From NCBI GenBank assembly GCA_963677595.1, contig OY782041.1, forward strand, positions 544,001 to 608,000: a stretch of DNA of 64,000 nt, given 5' to 3'. How positions within the stretch are numbered: position 1 is the first letter of the stretch; every line of letters starts with the position of its first letter. The notes under the pieces were generated by a model. The model did no database searches and was not told where the DNA came from. It was given only the letters and a program-made list of their open reading frames with translations. Positions 9,342-17,380 of the stretch are shown here, piece after piece. Position numbers and translations under genes: made by a program. The DNA is from Spirochaetia bacterium. Lineage in GTDB: Bacteria > Spirochaetota > Spirochaetia > CAKZLE01.

Positions 9342-10349
9342 TTAGTAATTCGGCAACGCCCGTTTATTCATCTTCACATGCACATACATGTCCTGCGTCA
9401 TGGCAGTGCTATAATGTCCGAGATATTCTGATACTGCTTTGATTGGCTGCCCATCCTCAATCATGAGGGTAGCGAAGCTGTGCCGTAAGCGGTGTGCTGA
9501 TACCGGTCTCCCGATAATCATCTTTCCATATCGATGCAACTCCCGAGATATGTAATTCCTGGAGAATTTCCCTCCTCCGCGATTACAGAACAAGGCTCCC
9601 CGCTGAAATATCCCACCTGGATGGAATTCCTTCATAATCTTTCTGAAGAGATCCTGGTCTATGTAGATAATCCGCTCTTTCTGGCCCTTCCCCATGACGG
9701 TGATCTCATATTCATCCTGGACCGTGAGCTCATAATTACCCCACGTGATATTCACCATTTCAGAGACACGGCATCCGGTATTAATCAAGAATCGGGCAAA
9801 CAGGTGAATCCGCGGGTTGATATGGGAAAGATGATCCATGAATTCATTCAACTCATCCCGTGACAAGATCCGCTGGTACGATACCGCATTGGTCTGTTTC
9901 TTCTGGGACTTGATTGATCGGAACAGCTGATCAATTTTGTATTGCTCGATCACCGTCCAATGATCAGGATTTTGTTTTGAAATCTCAGTCACGATCTTTT
10001 TCACCTGGGCTTTCCGCACATTCACCGTATTGGCTGAGTATCGCTTACTGCTTCGCGCCTCCTCGATGTAGGCGACCAGTGATGGAAGGTCAAAATCATA
10101 ATCACTGAATTCGAGCCAGTAGATCAGCTGTTTATTCTTCTCTACATAGGAGCCAAACCGGACATCATCCAGAAGAAAGTCTACCTGCTTCTCGGTAAGG
10201 TATTTCTTGGTATCCACAGTAACAGCGAGTGAAGAAACAAAGCAGGCAGTATGGTTTCTGAAGGGGAATCCTTTCAGGTTGGTATACCGGGCATGCTTCT
10301 TACATTCAGTGTTTTCGGTATCAAAAAATACGCACGTTTTACACGCCAT
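9342..10349 (-). CDS. Tyrosine recombinase (XerC/D-like)
   Basis: Complete catalytic set: TGCRVSE, GKG, HRLRH, LGH, Y. Confidence 0.92.
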   Translation of the reverse strand: MACKTCVFFDTENTECKKHARYTNLKGFPFRNHTACFVSSLAVTVDTKKYLTEKQVDFLLDDVRFGSYVEKNKQLIYWLEFSDYDFDLPSLVAYIEEARSSKRYSANTVNVRKAQVKKIVTEISKQNPDHWTVIEQYKIDQLFRSIKSQKKQTNAVSYQRILSRDELNEFMDHLSHINPRIHLFARFLINTGCRVSEMVNITWGNYELTVQDEYEITVMGKGQKERIIYIDQDLFRKIMKEFHPGGIFQRGALFCNRGGGKFSRNYISRELHRYGKMIIGRPVSAHRLRHSFATLMIEDGQPIKAVSEYLGHYSTAMTQDMYVHVKMNKRALPNY

Positions 10350-10495
10350 AATCTCTCTCTTTTCTCCCCTCAAAATTTGTTTTGGTAGCGAATTTTCATA
10401 AAAGTAAAATGTAAAAATATTTCTTTACTTTATCGGTAATTATAAGCCGTCAAGTACGACTTTGTTAACGGAATGCTAATTCTGTATACTTTCTT

Positions 10496-11608
10496 CTAAC
10501 TAGCTTGTTCATCACCGCGCTTGGGCACCTCGACATCATCGGTATTCGTCACCCAAACCCCGTCTTGCAGCTCCATAAACGTCCGGCATTTCCGGCACAT
10601 CCGCACCCCGGTAACACTGCCGAGCTCAGTACTCCCGCAGGTCGGACACACGGTAGGAGCCTCTGGAATCCGGTTCTTCTCTTCAGGACGTTTGACCATC
10701 GCCAAGGCTTCAATCTGGGAGGAGAATACCTTGTACCGGTACCCGGCCTTCTCTGCGAACCAGGCTATGTTCTGGACCTTGTCAGTAAAGAATATCTCGA
10801 GCATGAAGAGTACTTTCTCCATTCCGAAGCGGGAGAGATGCTGTGAAATCAGGTCGATCTCTTCAGTGGTCAAGAGAGCTGGATCATACCCAAAGCGATC
10901 ATGGTATGCTGTGCAAAATGCCTTGGTGATTTCCTGAACTGGATCTGAGAGAGAATGATCCTCTTGGTTTCTCTTTCTCTCTTTAAGCATTTTATTTCTT
11001 TCTTTAAGCATTTGTTGCCCATCACCGTACGTACGGCTAGCCGCTGGGCGGTCAGCTATACCACCGGTCTGTTTTTCATTCTGAGCCGGTGGTATGGATT
11101 CCGACCCTCCGGGTGTATGTGTAGTTCCAGCCGGAGGGTTGTTTTCTGTACCTTCGGCCGGGATTCCTTTTTTTACCGGTGGTATGGATTCTGTACTACC
11201 GGTCATAAATCCGAATAATGCCAGTTGGCCAGCTTTCTCAGGATCGTAGGTTTCCTCAATCTGTGGCTCCCATCGGAAAAAGTTAACCTGGATAAACACA
11301 TCATGCAGCTTGCCGGAAGAGTCCCGCCGTTGGACGTAGGAGATCAGCCCCTTCGTCTTCAGGAACGCCTTAGCCCGTTTAATCTTCACCTGTCCCCATC
11401 CAAGCCCTTTACTCAAGTACGTGTTATTTGCATGAATGACATTCGTCTCCTGTAGCCTGGCGGTGAAGAGTAGATGGTCATAGAGTTGTTTGGCCTCCAA
11501 TCCTTCTTGCCGGTTTGCCAGGAACATCTTATAGAGCCCGACCGAACAAAAAATGAGATCATAATCCTTATCGATGTGTACATTCACAATATTCTGATCA
11601 TCCATCAA
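10496..11608 (-). CDS. Putative phage replication initiator
   Basis: N-terminal wHTH-like region, low-complexity middle with DNA repeats, C-terminal zinc ribbon; typical position. Confidence 0.65.
   Translation of the reverse strand: MMDDQNIVNVHIDKDYDLIFCSVGLYKMFLANRQEGLEAKQLYDHLLFTARLQETNVIHANNTYLSKGLGWGQVKIKRAKAFLKTKGLISYVQRRDSSGKLHDVFIQVNFFRWEPQIEETYDPEKAGQLALFGFMTGSTESIPPVKKGIPAEGTENNPPAGTTHTPGGSESIPPAQNEKQTGGIADRPAASRTYGDGQQMLKERNKMLKERKRNQEDHSLSDPVQEITKAFCTAYHDRFGYDPALLTTEEIDLISQHLSRFGMEKVLFMLEIFFTDKVQNIAWFAEKAGYRYKVFSSQIEALAMVKRPEEKNRIPEAPTVCPTCGSTELGSVTGVRMCRKCRTFMELQDGVWVTNTDDVEVPKRGDEQAS
10980..11200. repeat. Iteron-like repeats inside the replication gene (candidate phage ori)
   Basis: CCGGTGGTATGGATTC at 11086 and 11176, inverted ATACCACCGG at 11058, TCTTTAAGCATTT at 10980 and 11001. 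Confidence 0.6.
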
Positions 11609-12309
11609 CTTGCCTCCTGTGATATTATGTGATGTTCAATGAGTTTTCGTCTGATATAGTCAACTCCTCGTTGGTATACGAGGGTTTTAAGTGAAATACT
11701 GACTTCTCCATTTGCCTTATTGAACCGCTGCTCAATAACCCGGAAGTATCCCCGATCCACAAAGGTTTGATACGGGATATTATTCTGCTGCAGTACTTGA
11801 ATCTCACGAAGGAAGGTAAAGAGCTTATTTCGCCCGATCCCAGGGATACCCAGAGTCTTGGCAACAGACGCCATTTCGATCGCCGTCTTAGAGCCTGCAA
11901 CCTGATCATAGAAATCGGCCTTCGGCTTGAGTTCGAGGAGTTGTTGCTGCTGTTGATCGATCTTTACCTGAGCGACCTGCAGGGCCCTGGCTATGACTAG
12001 ATCAGGGGAGTTCCAGGCTTTCTCAACTTTGATAAAGTATTCCCTGACCTCTTTCCCCTTCTCTGACCGGGACAACATACAGATGTGTTTCGCGATATCG
12101 AGATTGAGGAGGAAGTCTTCAAATGGCCTACCGCCGGTACTTTGTAAGGGTAACCTGACAAAGTCTATTCCTTCAATCAGATCCTCGAGGTGGGGACCAA
12201 TCCATGAAGCATACCGCATCCTGATTTCCAGGGCGGTATAGAGATCATGCGCAGATACGGAATCTGTACCGATCTCCTGCTGATAGGTAATCGGAACCAA
12301 TTCGTTCAT
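11605..12309 (-). CDS. Phage antirepressor (AntA/AntB + KilAC domains)
   Basis: VSAHDLY...AKHICML...REYFIKVEK; KPKADFYD...GRNKLF. Confidence 0.9.
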   Translation of the reverse strand: MNELVPITYQQEIGTDSVSAHDLYTALEIRMRYASWIGPHLEDLIEGIDFVRLPLQSTGGRPFEDFLLNLDIAKHICMLSRSEKGKEVREYFIKVEKAWNSPDLVIARALQVAQVKIDQQQQQLLELKPKADFYDQVAGSKTAIEMASVAKTLGIPGIGRNKLFTFLREIQVLQQNNIPYQTFVDRGYFRVIEQRFNKANGEVSISLKTLVYQRGVDYIRRKLIEHHIISQEAS

Positions 12310-12599
12310 AAGGTGACTCCCCGTGCATCGGGGAGCTCATCCTCCTCATCGAACCTATCCGAACTCCGATAATCATCCAACCGGGCAAACACGAGCTGGG
12401 TCTTCTGGCACAGCTGCAGTTGGATGGTACTTGATGAGATTTCAAGCGGTTCTTGAAAGTGTGGGCACCAATCGCCACACTCGATGCCGCTTGTCGACAT
12501 TAGCGGACATTCCTGTTGGATATATGCACCTTTTCGACAAATAAGCAGTAATCCATCTGATGTAATCATTCCGGTAATCATGGTTTTCCCCCTATACAA
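12306..12599 (-). CDS. Hypothetical phage protein
   Basis: Operonic overlap; Cys motif CGDWCPHF. Confidence 0.5.
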   Translation of the reverse strand: MYRGKTMITGMITSDGLLLICRKGAYIQQECPLMSTSGIECGDWCPHFQEPLEISSSTIQLQLCQKTQLVFARLDDYRSSDRFDEEDELPDARGVTL

Positions 12600-12607
12600 T
12601 GAAGCTG

Positions 12608-12799
12608 CTACAGAATCTGTGGCAGCTTGTTTCCTGATGAGATGATAGATTGTTCCAATAACGTGATATACTTCCCTACGAGATGATATGAGAGCGGTGT
12701 GAGATCTGATCTGGGATCATGGGCTTTCGCAGATATTCCCGCTGATAGGATCGATCGTATCTTTAGATTGGTGATCTGGTAGTCAAATACTCTACTCAT
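12608..12799 (-). CDS. Hypothetical phage protein
   Basis: ATGA overlap with the upstream gene. Confidence 0.45.
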   Translation of the reverse strand: MSRVFDYQITNLKIRSILSAGISAKAHDPRSDLTPLSYHLVGKYITLLEQSIISSGNKLPQIL

Positions 12800-13473
12800 G
12801 CTTCTACCTGGATACTCAACTGCACTTGCTCACCCGCAACGAGACCTCGATAGAACGCACGAGAACCGCGTGGAGCCTTTACCGATACCATTTCTTCACC
12901 TCCTAGCTGGTCAAGATACTCATGCAGCGCCTTATCCTCAGTTACGACCACTGCCCGAGTCTCGGGATCGATTTCTTCCTGGTGGTACATCTGGGAGAGG
13001 TTATAGGCGATGGTGTAGGCCATACCAAGCCGGAACTCACGTCTGTACTGCTGCTTGGCCTGTCTGGGTATCTGTTGCTTTGCTATCCGATCGATTGCAC
13101 CGATCAGATACACGGCCATCCATGTGGCAGTTGCGATGTGGGCTTTTTTCCCAACAAATCGCACGCGGAAAAAATCTTTACGATAATACCCGCCAGAATA
13201 TCTTGAATACACCGCTCTACAGAAATTGGTCCTGGCGGTCACATCATAGATAGTTCGCCGCCAATCCTTTAGTCTGTGTCCGGATGTAATCTCAGATTCC
13301 TCAATCTGCTCCTGTTCAATCTCAAGGTCTTGTATTGAGACCTTGTATTTCATCATGAGCTTATGAGCCATGATTGCAGCGGCTTCCGCTTCGGCCTGAA
13401 CAGGAGAACCTTTCAGAGCTAAGAGCTTTTGAATCTTCTGCAGTACACGATCGAGCTGATCTCGCTCCTCCAT
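12796..13473 (-). CDS. DUF2786-domain phage protein
   Basis: KIQKLLAL....EAEAA...AHKLMMKY. Confidence 0.85.
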   Translation of the reverse strand: MEERDQLDRVLQKIQKLLALKGSPVQAEAEAAAIMAHKLMMKYKVSIQDLEIEQEQIEESEITSGHRLKDWRRTIYDVTARTNFCRAVYSRYSGGYYRKDFFRVRFVGKKAHIATATWMAVYLIGAIDRIAKQQIPRQAKQQYRREFRLGMAYTIAYNLSQMYHQEEIDPETRAVVVTEDKALHEYLDQLGGEEMVSVKAPRGSRAFYRGLVAGEQVQLSIQVEA

Positions 13474-13474
13474 G

Positions 13475-13597
13475 TTACCCTCTCCCCTGCCCCGAGAGAT
13501 CAACTCCCATATCGGTGAGGTCTTTGGTGCTGTACCGGATACTGATACATATCAATCCTAGAGAAACGATACCTATACAGATACATGCAATCATCAA
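13475..13597 (-). CDS. Small single-TM phage protein
   Basis: AGGAG RBS, hydrophobic N-terminus, about 40 aa. Confidence 0.4.
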   Translation of the reverse strand: MMIACICIGIVSLGLICISIRYSTKDLTDMGVDLSGQGRG

Positions 13598-13704
13598 TGT
13601 CTCCTTATGAAAATTGCCGGTCTTTCCCGGCTGCCTAGCAGTTGGCGCTACTTCTCGTCTTTCCGAGCCGTCAAAAACATAAGCATGCTGCTTCTTGCAG
13701 CGGA

Positions 13705-13775
13705 TAGCACCGGCAGGATTCGAACCTGCGATAAGTAGGTGTGACAAATCCTCCTAATCAAACCGATTCAGTGCT
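13705..13775 (-). ncRNA. tRNA-like element A (short D-arm, aberrant anticodon loop)
   Basis: Acceptor stem AGCACTG/CGGTGCT, T-arm GCAGG-TTCGAAT-CCTGC. Confidence 0.6.
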
Positions 13776-13909
13776 GTATGCCGGGTTCCCCCGGCATCAA
13801 AATTGGAAATTACTATGAAACGTATGTCTACCAATCATCGAAAGAAAACTGATATACATTGCACCTGTACGCCGGTGCCTGCTTTATTTCCAGCTCATAC
13901 GGGCAAGGA

Positions 13910-14134
13910 TTACTCATTAGGTCCTGGGGCGATATCAATGAAGAACCTCTGGCCTTCCTTGAAACAGGAGTCTGTATCGTTGGTTTTCACGAAAAAGCTT
14001 GAGGCAGCAAGCAGAGTAAAGGGTGATGAACTTTCATCATCCTGAGAAGATTCTTGACCAAGCACAACCACATCTACTGCCTTCAGGCCATTCCCATAAT
14101 CTGATACCTTATGACTGATACACTCGAACCTCAT
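13910..14134 (-). CDS. Hypothetical phage protein
   Basis: GAGGAG RBS, 74 aa. Confidence 0.5.
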   Translation of the reverse strand: MRFECISHKVSDYGNGLKAVDVVVLGQESSQDDESSSPFTLLAASSFFVKTNDTDSCFKEGQRFFIDIAPGPNE

Positions 14135-14173
14135 TGACAGCTTCTCCTCTCTGAACAATCACTACAGATATAT

Positions 14174-14285
14174 TGGGGGATGGTGGACTTGAACCACCGA
14201 CCCTGCGGGAACCAGGGCTTATCCTATATTGCCTGGCTATATATCGCCTGGGTCCCGATGCTCTGACCATCTGAGCTAATCCCCC
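14174..14285 (-). ncRNA. tRNA-like element B with ~54-nt extended anticodon arm
   Basis: GGGGGAT/ATCCCCC acceptor, GCTC-AGATGGTCA-GAGC D-arm, GGTGG-TTCAAGT-CCACC T-arm; 112 nt. Confidence 0.8.
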
Positions 14286-14463
14286 AGGTACCGGCAACGC
14301 CGGTCCTATGAAAAGTATGGGAACATTTCAGGTTGTTCCCGGACCTCCCAACATGTACTCATCACACTCTGCAGGTGGCAGATTCGAGGGGCCGATGATT
14401 CCCCTCCGGTCGGTCAGGCATTGGCATTCTACCTGGTCTCGTATAGCTACAAACATCGGGTTA

Positions 14464-14565
14464 TGGATTGGACGGGACTTGAACCCGCAGCCGCTACTGG
14501 CTCCTATATTCCAACCCGTTTCTCGTCTCCCCTGGTAAGGTGTAGCCATTTCGCCTTACAGATTC
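14464..14565 (-). ncRNA. tRNA-like element C (degenerate acceptor stem, extended central arm)
   Basis: T-arm GCGGG-TTCAAGT-CCCGT, D-like AGGCG-AAATGGCTA-CACCT; shares AATATAGGA with element B. Confidence 0.5.
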
Positions 14566-14573
14566 ACCAGACT

Positions 14574-14807
14574 CTACGATCTGATGTTTTTATAAACAGC
14601 AACAACTTCTTGTGCATCTATAAACTCGTCCAACTGTTTTTTTGTGAACATGACCCGTCCATTCAACATTTTCATGTAATCAATTTTCCTGTTCCCCATC
14701 ATTCTCCGAAGTGTTGACTCCGAAATTCGGAGATACTTTGCAGCTTCAGATACCAGTAGTAATGGAGAATTCAATTCGTTAATTGAAACCGTTGCAAGAT
14801 TCTTCAT
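14574..14807 (-). CDS. Excisionase-like HTH protein
   Basis: LLLVSEAAKYLRISESTLRR...GRVMF; GGAGG RBS. Confidence 0.85.
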   Translation of the reverse strand: MKNLATVSINELNSPLLLVSEAAKYLRISESTLRRMMGNRKIDYMKMLNGRVMFTKKQLDEFIDAQEVVAVYKNIRS

Positions 14808-14902
14808 AATCCCTCCTGCCGGGTATCGTGATACCCAGAACGTTATATAAAATGCTGAAAACTGTAGGGCCGGCCACTGAGGCGCAGTGTAGCCCTGCAG
14901 CA

Positions 14903-15082
14903 TCAGCAATCTATTTCTTTTGTTTCACGGGTATACCGTTCAAGAATTGCCTGGCGAATCCACCAACCTTTTTTCTGGCCCTGAGTTTTTAGAAGTAACT
15001 CAAGGTTTTTGTTTTCTGTAGGTGTGAGGTCCGTCCGAACTGTACAAGTTTGTTTCTCTTTGATTACATCAACATCAATCAT
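14903..15082 (-). CDS. Small Cro-position DNA-binding protein, probably ribbon-helix-helix
   Basis: Manually found 59-aa ORF MIDVDVIKEKQTCTVRTDLTPTENKNLELLLKTQGQKKGWWIRQAILERY..., divergent from the repressor. Confidence 0.6.
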   Translation of the reverse strand: MIDVDVIKEKQTCTVRTDLTPTENKNLELLLKTQGQKKGWWIRQAILERYTRETKEIDC

Positions 15083-15159
15083 GTTGCTATAATAGTCTCA
15101 CTTCTGTGACATGTCAACCATTTTTTTCCAGTTTTGTACCTTTTGTGATACAATTTGCC
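15083..15159. promoter_or_regulatory. Divergent lysis/lysogeny switch promoters
   Basis: Minus strand TTGACA-17-TATTAT 6 nt before ATG 15082, with a TCAC-AGAA-GTGA IR in the spacer; plus strand TACAAT 5 nt before ATG 15160. Confidence 0.65.
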
Positions 15160-15540
15160 ATGGACCAAGATATTTTAGAGTTTTGGAAACGATTCGATAC
15201 TCTATGCCGAGCACAAGACCTTTCTCTTCTGGAAGTATCAAGCCTAACAGGTATAAGCTATTCAAATATCAGGAATCAAAGGACAAAACTCATACTTCCA
15301 AAGACTATTGCTACGCTAAAAATTGCCAAAGCTCTGAACACAAGTGTTGAGTATTTAATAACTGGATCGGGATCAGAGCAGATTGTGGACCCCGTCATAG
15401 ATATTGTATTAAAACGTGAACCCCTTAAAGATCTGATGATTAAAATGATCAGTTTAAACGATAAACAACTAGCAGCCATTTCCACAGTTGTCGATTCCTA
15501 TATGCCGGATCAACCGAAACATCAGAGCCAGGTCGGATAA
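15160..15540 (+). CDS. CI-like XRE-family repressor
   Basis: HTH LLEVSSLTGISYSNI...KIAKALNTSVEYLITG; no C-terminal peptidase domain. Confidence 0.85.
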   Translation: MDQDILEFWKRFDTLCRAQDLSLLEVSSLTGISYSNIRNQRTKLILPKTIATLKIAKALNTSVEYLITGSGSEQIVDPVIDIVLKREPLKDLMIKMISLNDKQLAAISTVVDSYMPDQPKHQSQVG

Positions 15541-15756
15541 TCCCATTTCCCCAAGTACCTGAAAAGTACTGACGTTTGGGAGGATATCCAAGAAAAACTT
15601 ATACATGACTTATTTACTACTCTTTATCTTGTCTTTGCTACCACATCTTAAATGATGTTTTTATATCTCATGCTGTACTTATACCCTCTTATGGGTTATC
15701 ATTATTATAGATCCTGTAGGAATGGGTAATGAGTAATACTAATTTAAAGGATTTAT

Positions 15757-15955
15757 ATGCCATATTATTTTGTTAATGATGTTGCTCAGCATGATGGATA
15801 CCATGAAGTTCATGATAGTTCTTGTGGATGGATTGGTCTAAAAAAACATTACACAGACTTAGGTTGGCATGCAAACTGCCAGGAAGCAATGAATGCAGCA
15901 ATATCCTCTTGTAGATGGTTGTAAGTTTTGTTGTTTCCATTGTCATAAACGATAG
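15757..15955 (+). pseudogene. Frameshifted small Cys/His-rich protein
   Basis: Frame 1 MPYYFVNDVAQHDGYHEVHDSSC...; another frame continues YPLVDGCKFCCFHCHKR*. Confidence 0.55.
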
Positions 15956-15968
15956 AGAATATACAATA

Positions 15969-16385
15969 ATGAACTCATGCCTTAATTGTTATAATCTGAC
16001 ACAAAACTGGATAAGTATGGAGCCAGCAACTCATAATCAAACCCAATCTGAACCTGTTTCAGAAGAGAGAAGAGAAATTCTTAAATCCACTGTAACCCCC
16101 TTTAATAGGAATAGACCTTCCTGGATTTCATGTTCTTATAGTGTTTGGGATTATGAAAGAGTGTTAGAACCCTTACAATTACACGAAGCTATTACGAAAT
16201 CGAGAAATAACTGTCCAATGTTTACTCCTTTCTCTAAACACAAAGAAAAACTTATCATTCAGGGAAAAGTAATCAGGAATAAAACAAGAAAAGAAAATTT
16301 AAAACAAACAATAATTAGAATATGGAGACCTGTAATCACTGCAGTGCTTATTGGCTTAGTAACCACCTATATCTTGAAGAAATAA
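15969..16385 (+). CDS. Hypothetical protein with C-terminal TM anchor
   Basis: CLNC near N-terminus, hydrophobic C-terminus. Confidence 0.55.
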   Translation: MNSCLNCYNLTQNWISMEPATHNQTQSEPVSEERREILKSTVTPFNRNRPSWISCSYSVWDYERVLEPLQLHEAITKSRNNCPMFTPFSKHKEKLIIQGKVIRNKTRKENLKQTIIRIWRPVITAVLIGLVTTYILKK

Positions 16386-16400
16386 TAATAGGAATATTCA

Positions 16401-17375
16401 ATGGCTGAAACGAAAAACATAAGTGAAATGGCAAATAGAATATCGGAAGAGATATTCAAAGTATTTGGATGGGAAAGAGTTGGTCAGAATGATAAAAACT
16501 GGCCATGTATCAATCCAGATCACAAGAAGAAGACTCACCCTACGGATTGTGTTTTTACATATCCTGATCCTTACTCGAATTCGCATACATACTTCAATTG
16601 TGACTTGAAAAGTTATAAGGAAACATCAATTACAACAAAATCATTTCGAGACTCATTAATAAGTTTAGCTATGGGGAGTTCCTGTGCAAAAAAAAGTAAG
16701 GAATGGCAAAACGCTTATATTACAAATGAAGTAAATTCTAATATTCATGGATTATTATTTATCTTTAACTATAATAATTTATATGATAAAGACTTATATA
16801 TTGAGTTAGAAAAAATTACCAAAACAGCTTTACCATTGAATATCAATACAAAATTATTTCTTATAACTCCAAAAGATATTAGACTTTTAAATACAATTGC
16901 TAATGATATCATGGTATCTATAGGAAAAAATGTATTACCATCATTTGAGAATATTTCCTTTTTTTATCCGGATCAAGATAGCAGGATCACAACGAAATCA
17001 AATTGGAAAAAAGCTGCTACGATAGAAATGTTGAAAAGCCAATGGATAATCTTAAAACATCGTAAAGATAGTTCAATCCCTAATTATGATGGTTTGACAA
17101 TTTACTATAAAAGCAGAGGGACGATTAGAGAAGAATTCGTATATTTAATTGACTATCTAGTGCATTGGCAGATAATTAGCAGCATCAACAATATTACAAT
17201 CAAATTAGTCAATCCAGATGAAAGTGCATTTGAGTTAGCTGAAAAAGCCAAATCTACTTACTGTTCAAGATATAGTATTTATGAAAATCATGAATCTACA
17301 ATAAAAAGTATAAAAATCAAATCAGTTCAAAATGTAATTCCTACTTTTTATGAAGCAGAAATTGGTATGGAGTAA
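16401..17375 (+). CDS. PD-(D/E)xK nuclease-like protein (GAPS4a-like defence candidate)
   Basis: HPTD...CDLKSY motif; AT-rich cargo near att. Confidence 0.6.
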   Translation: MAETKNISEMANRISEEIFKVFGWERVGQNDKNWPCINPDHKKKTHPTDCVFTYPDPYSNSHTYFNCDLKSYKETSITTKSFRDSLISLAMGSSCAKKSKEWQNAYITNEVNSNIHGLLFIFNYNNLYDKDLYIELEKITKTALPLNINTKLFLITPKDIRLLNTIANDIMVSIGKNVLPSFENISFFYPDQDSRITTKSNWKKAATIEMLKSQWIILKHRKDSSIPNYDGLTIYYKSRGTIREEFVYLIDYLVHWQIISSINNITIKLVNPDESAFELAEKAKSTYCSRYSIYENHESTIKSIKIKSVQNVIPTFYEAEIGME

Positions 17376-17380
17376 TTAAT

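Noticed and set aside
14174-14285. Element B as an intron-containing tRNA-Trp(CCA) or a functional tRNA-Ala
   Set aside because: Splicing would leave a loop without U33, the insert is far too short for a group I intron, and the acceptor has G3:C70 rather than G3:U70.
14228-14955. Shared 10-mer GCCAGGCAAT between the element B loop and the Cro-position ORF as an antisense target
   Set aside because: It is in the same orientation (not complementary) and short enough to be chance.
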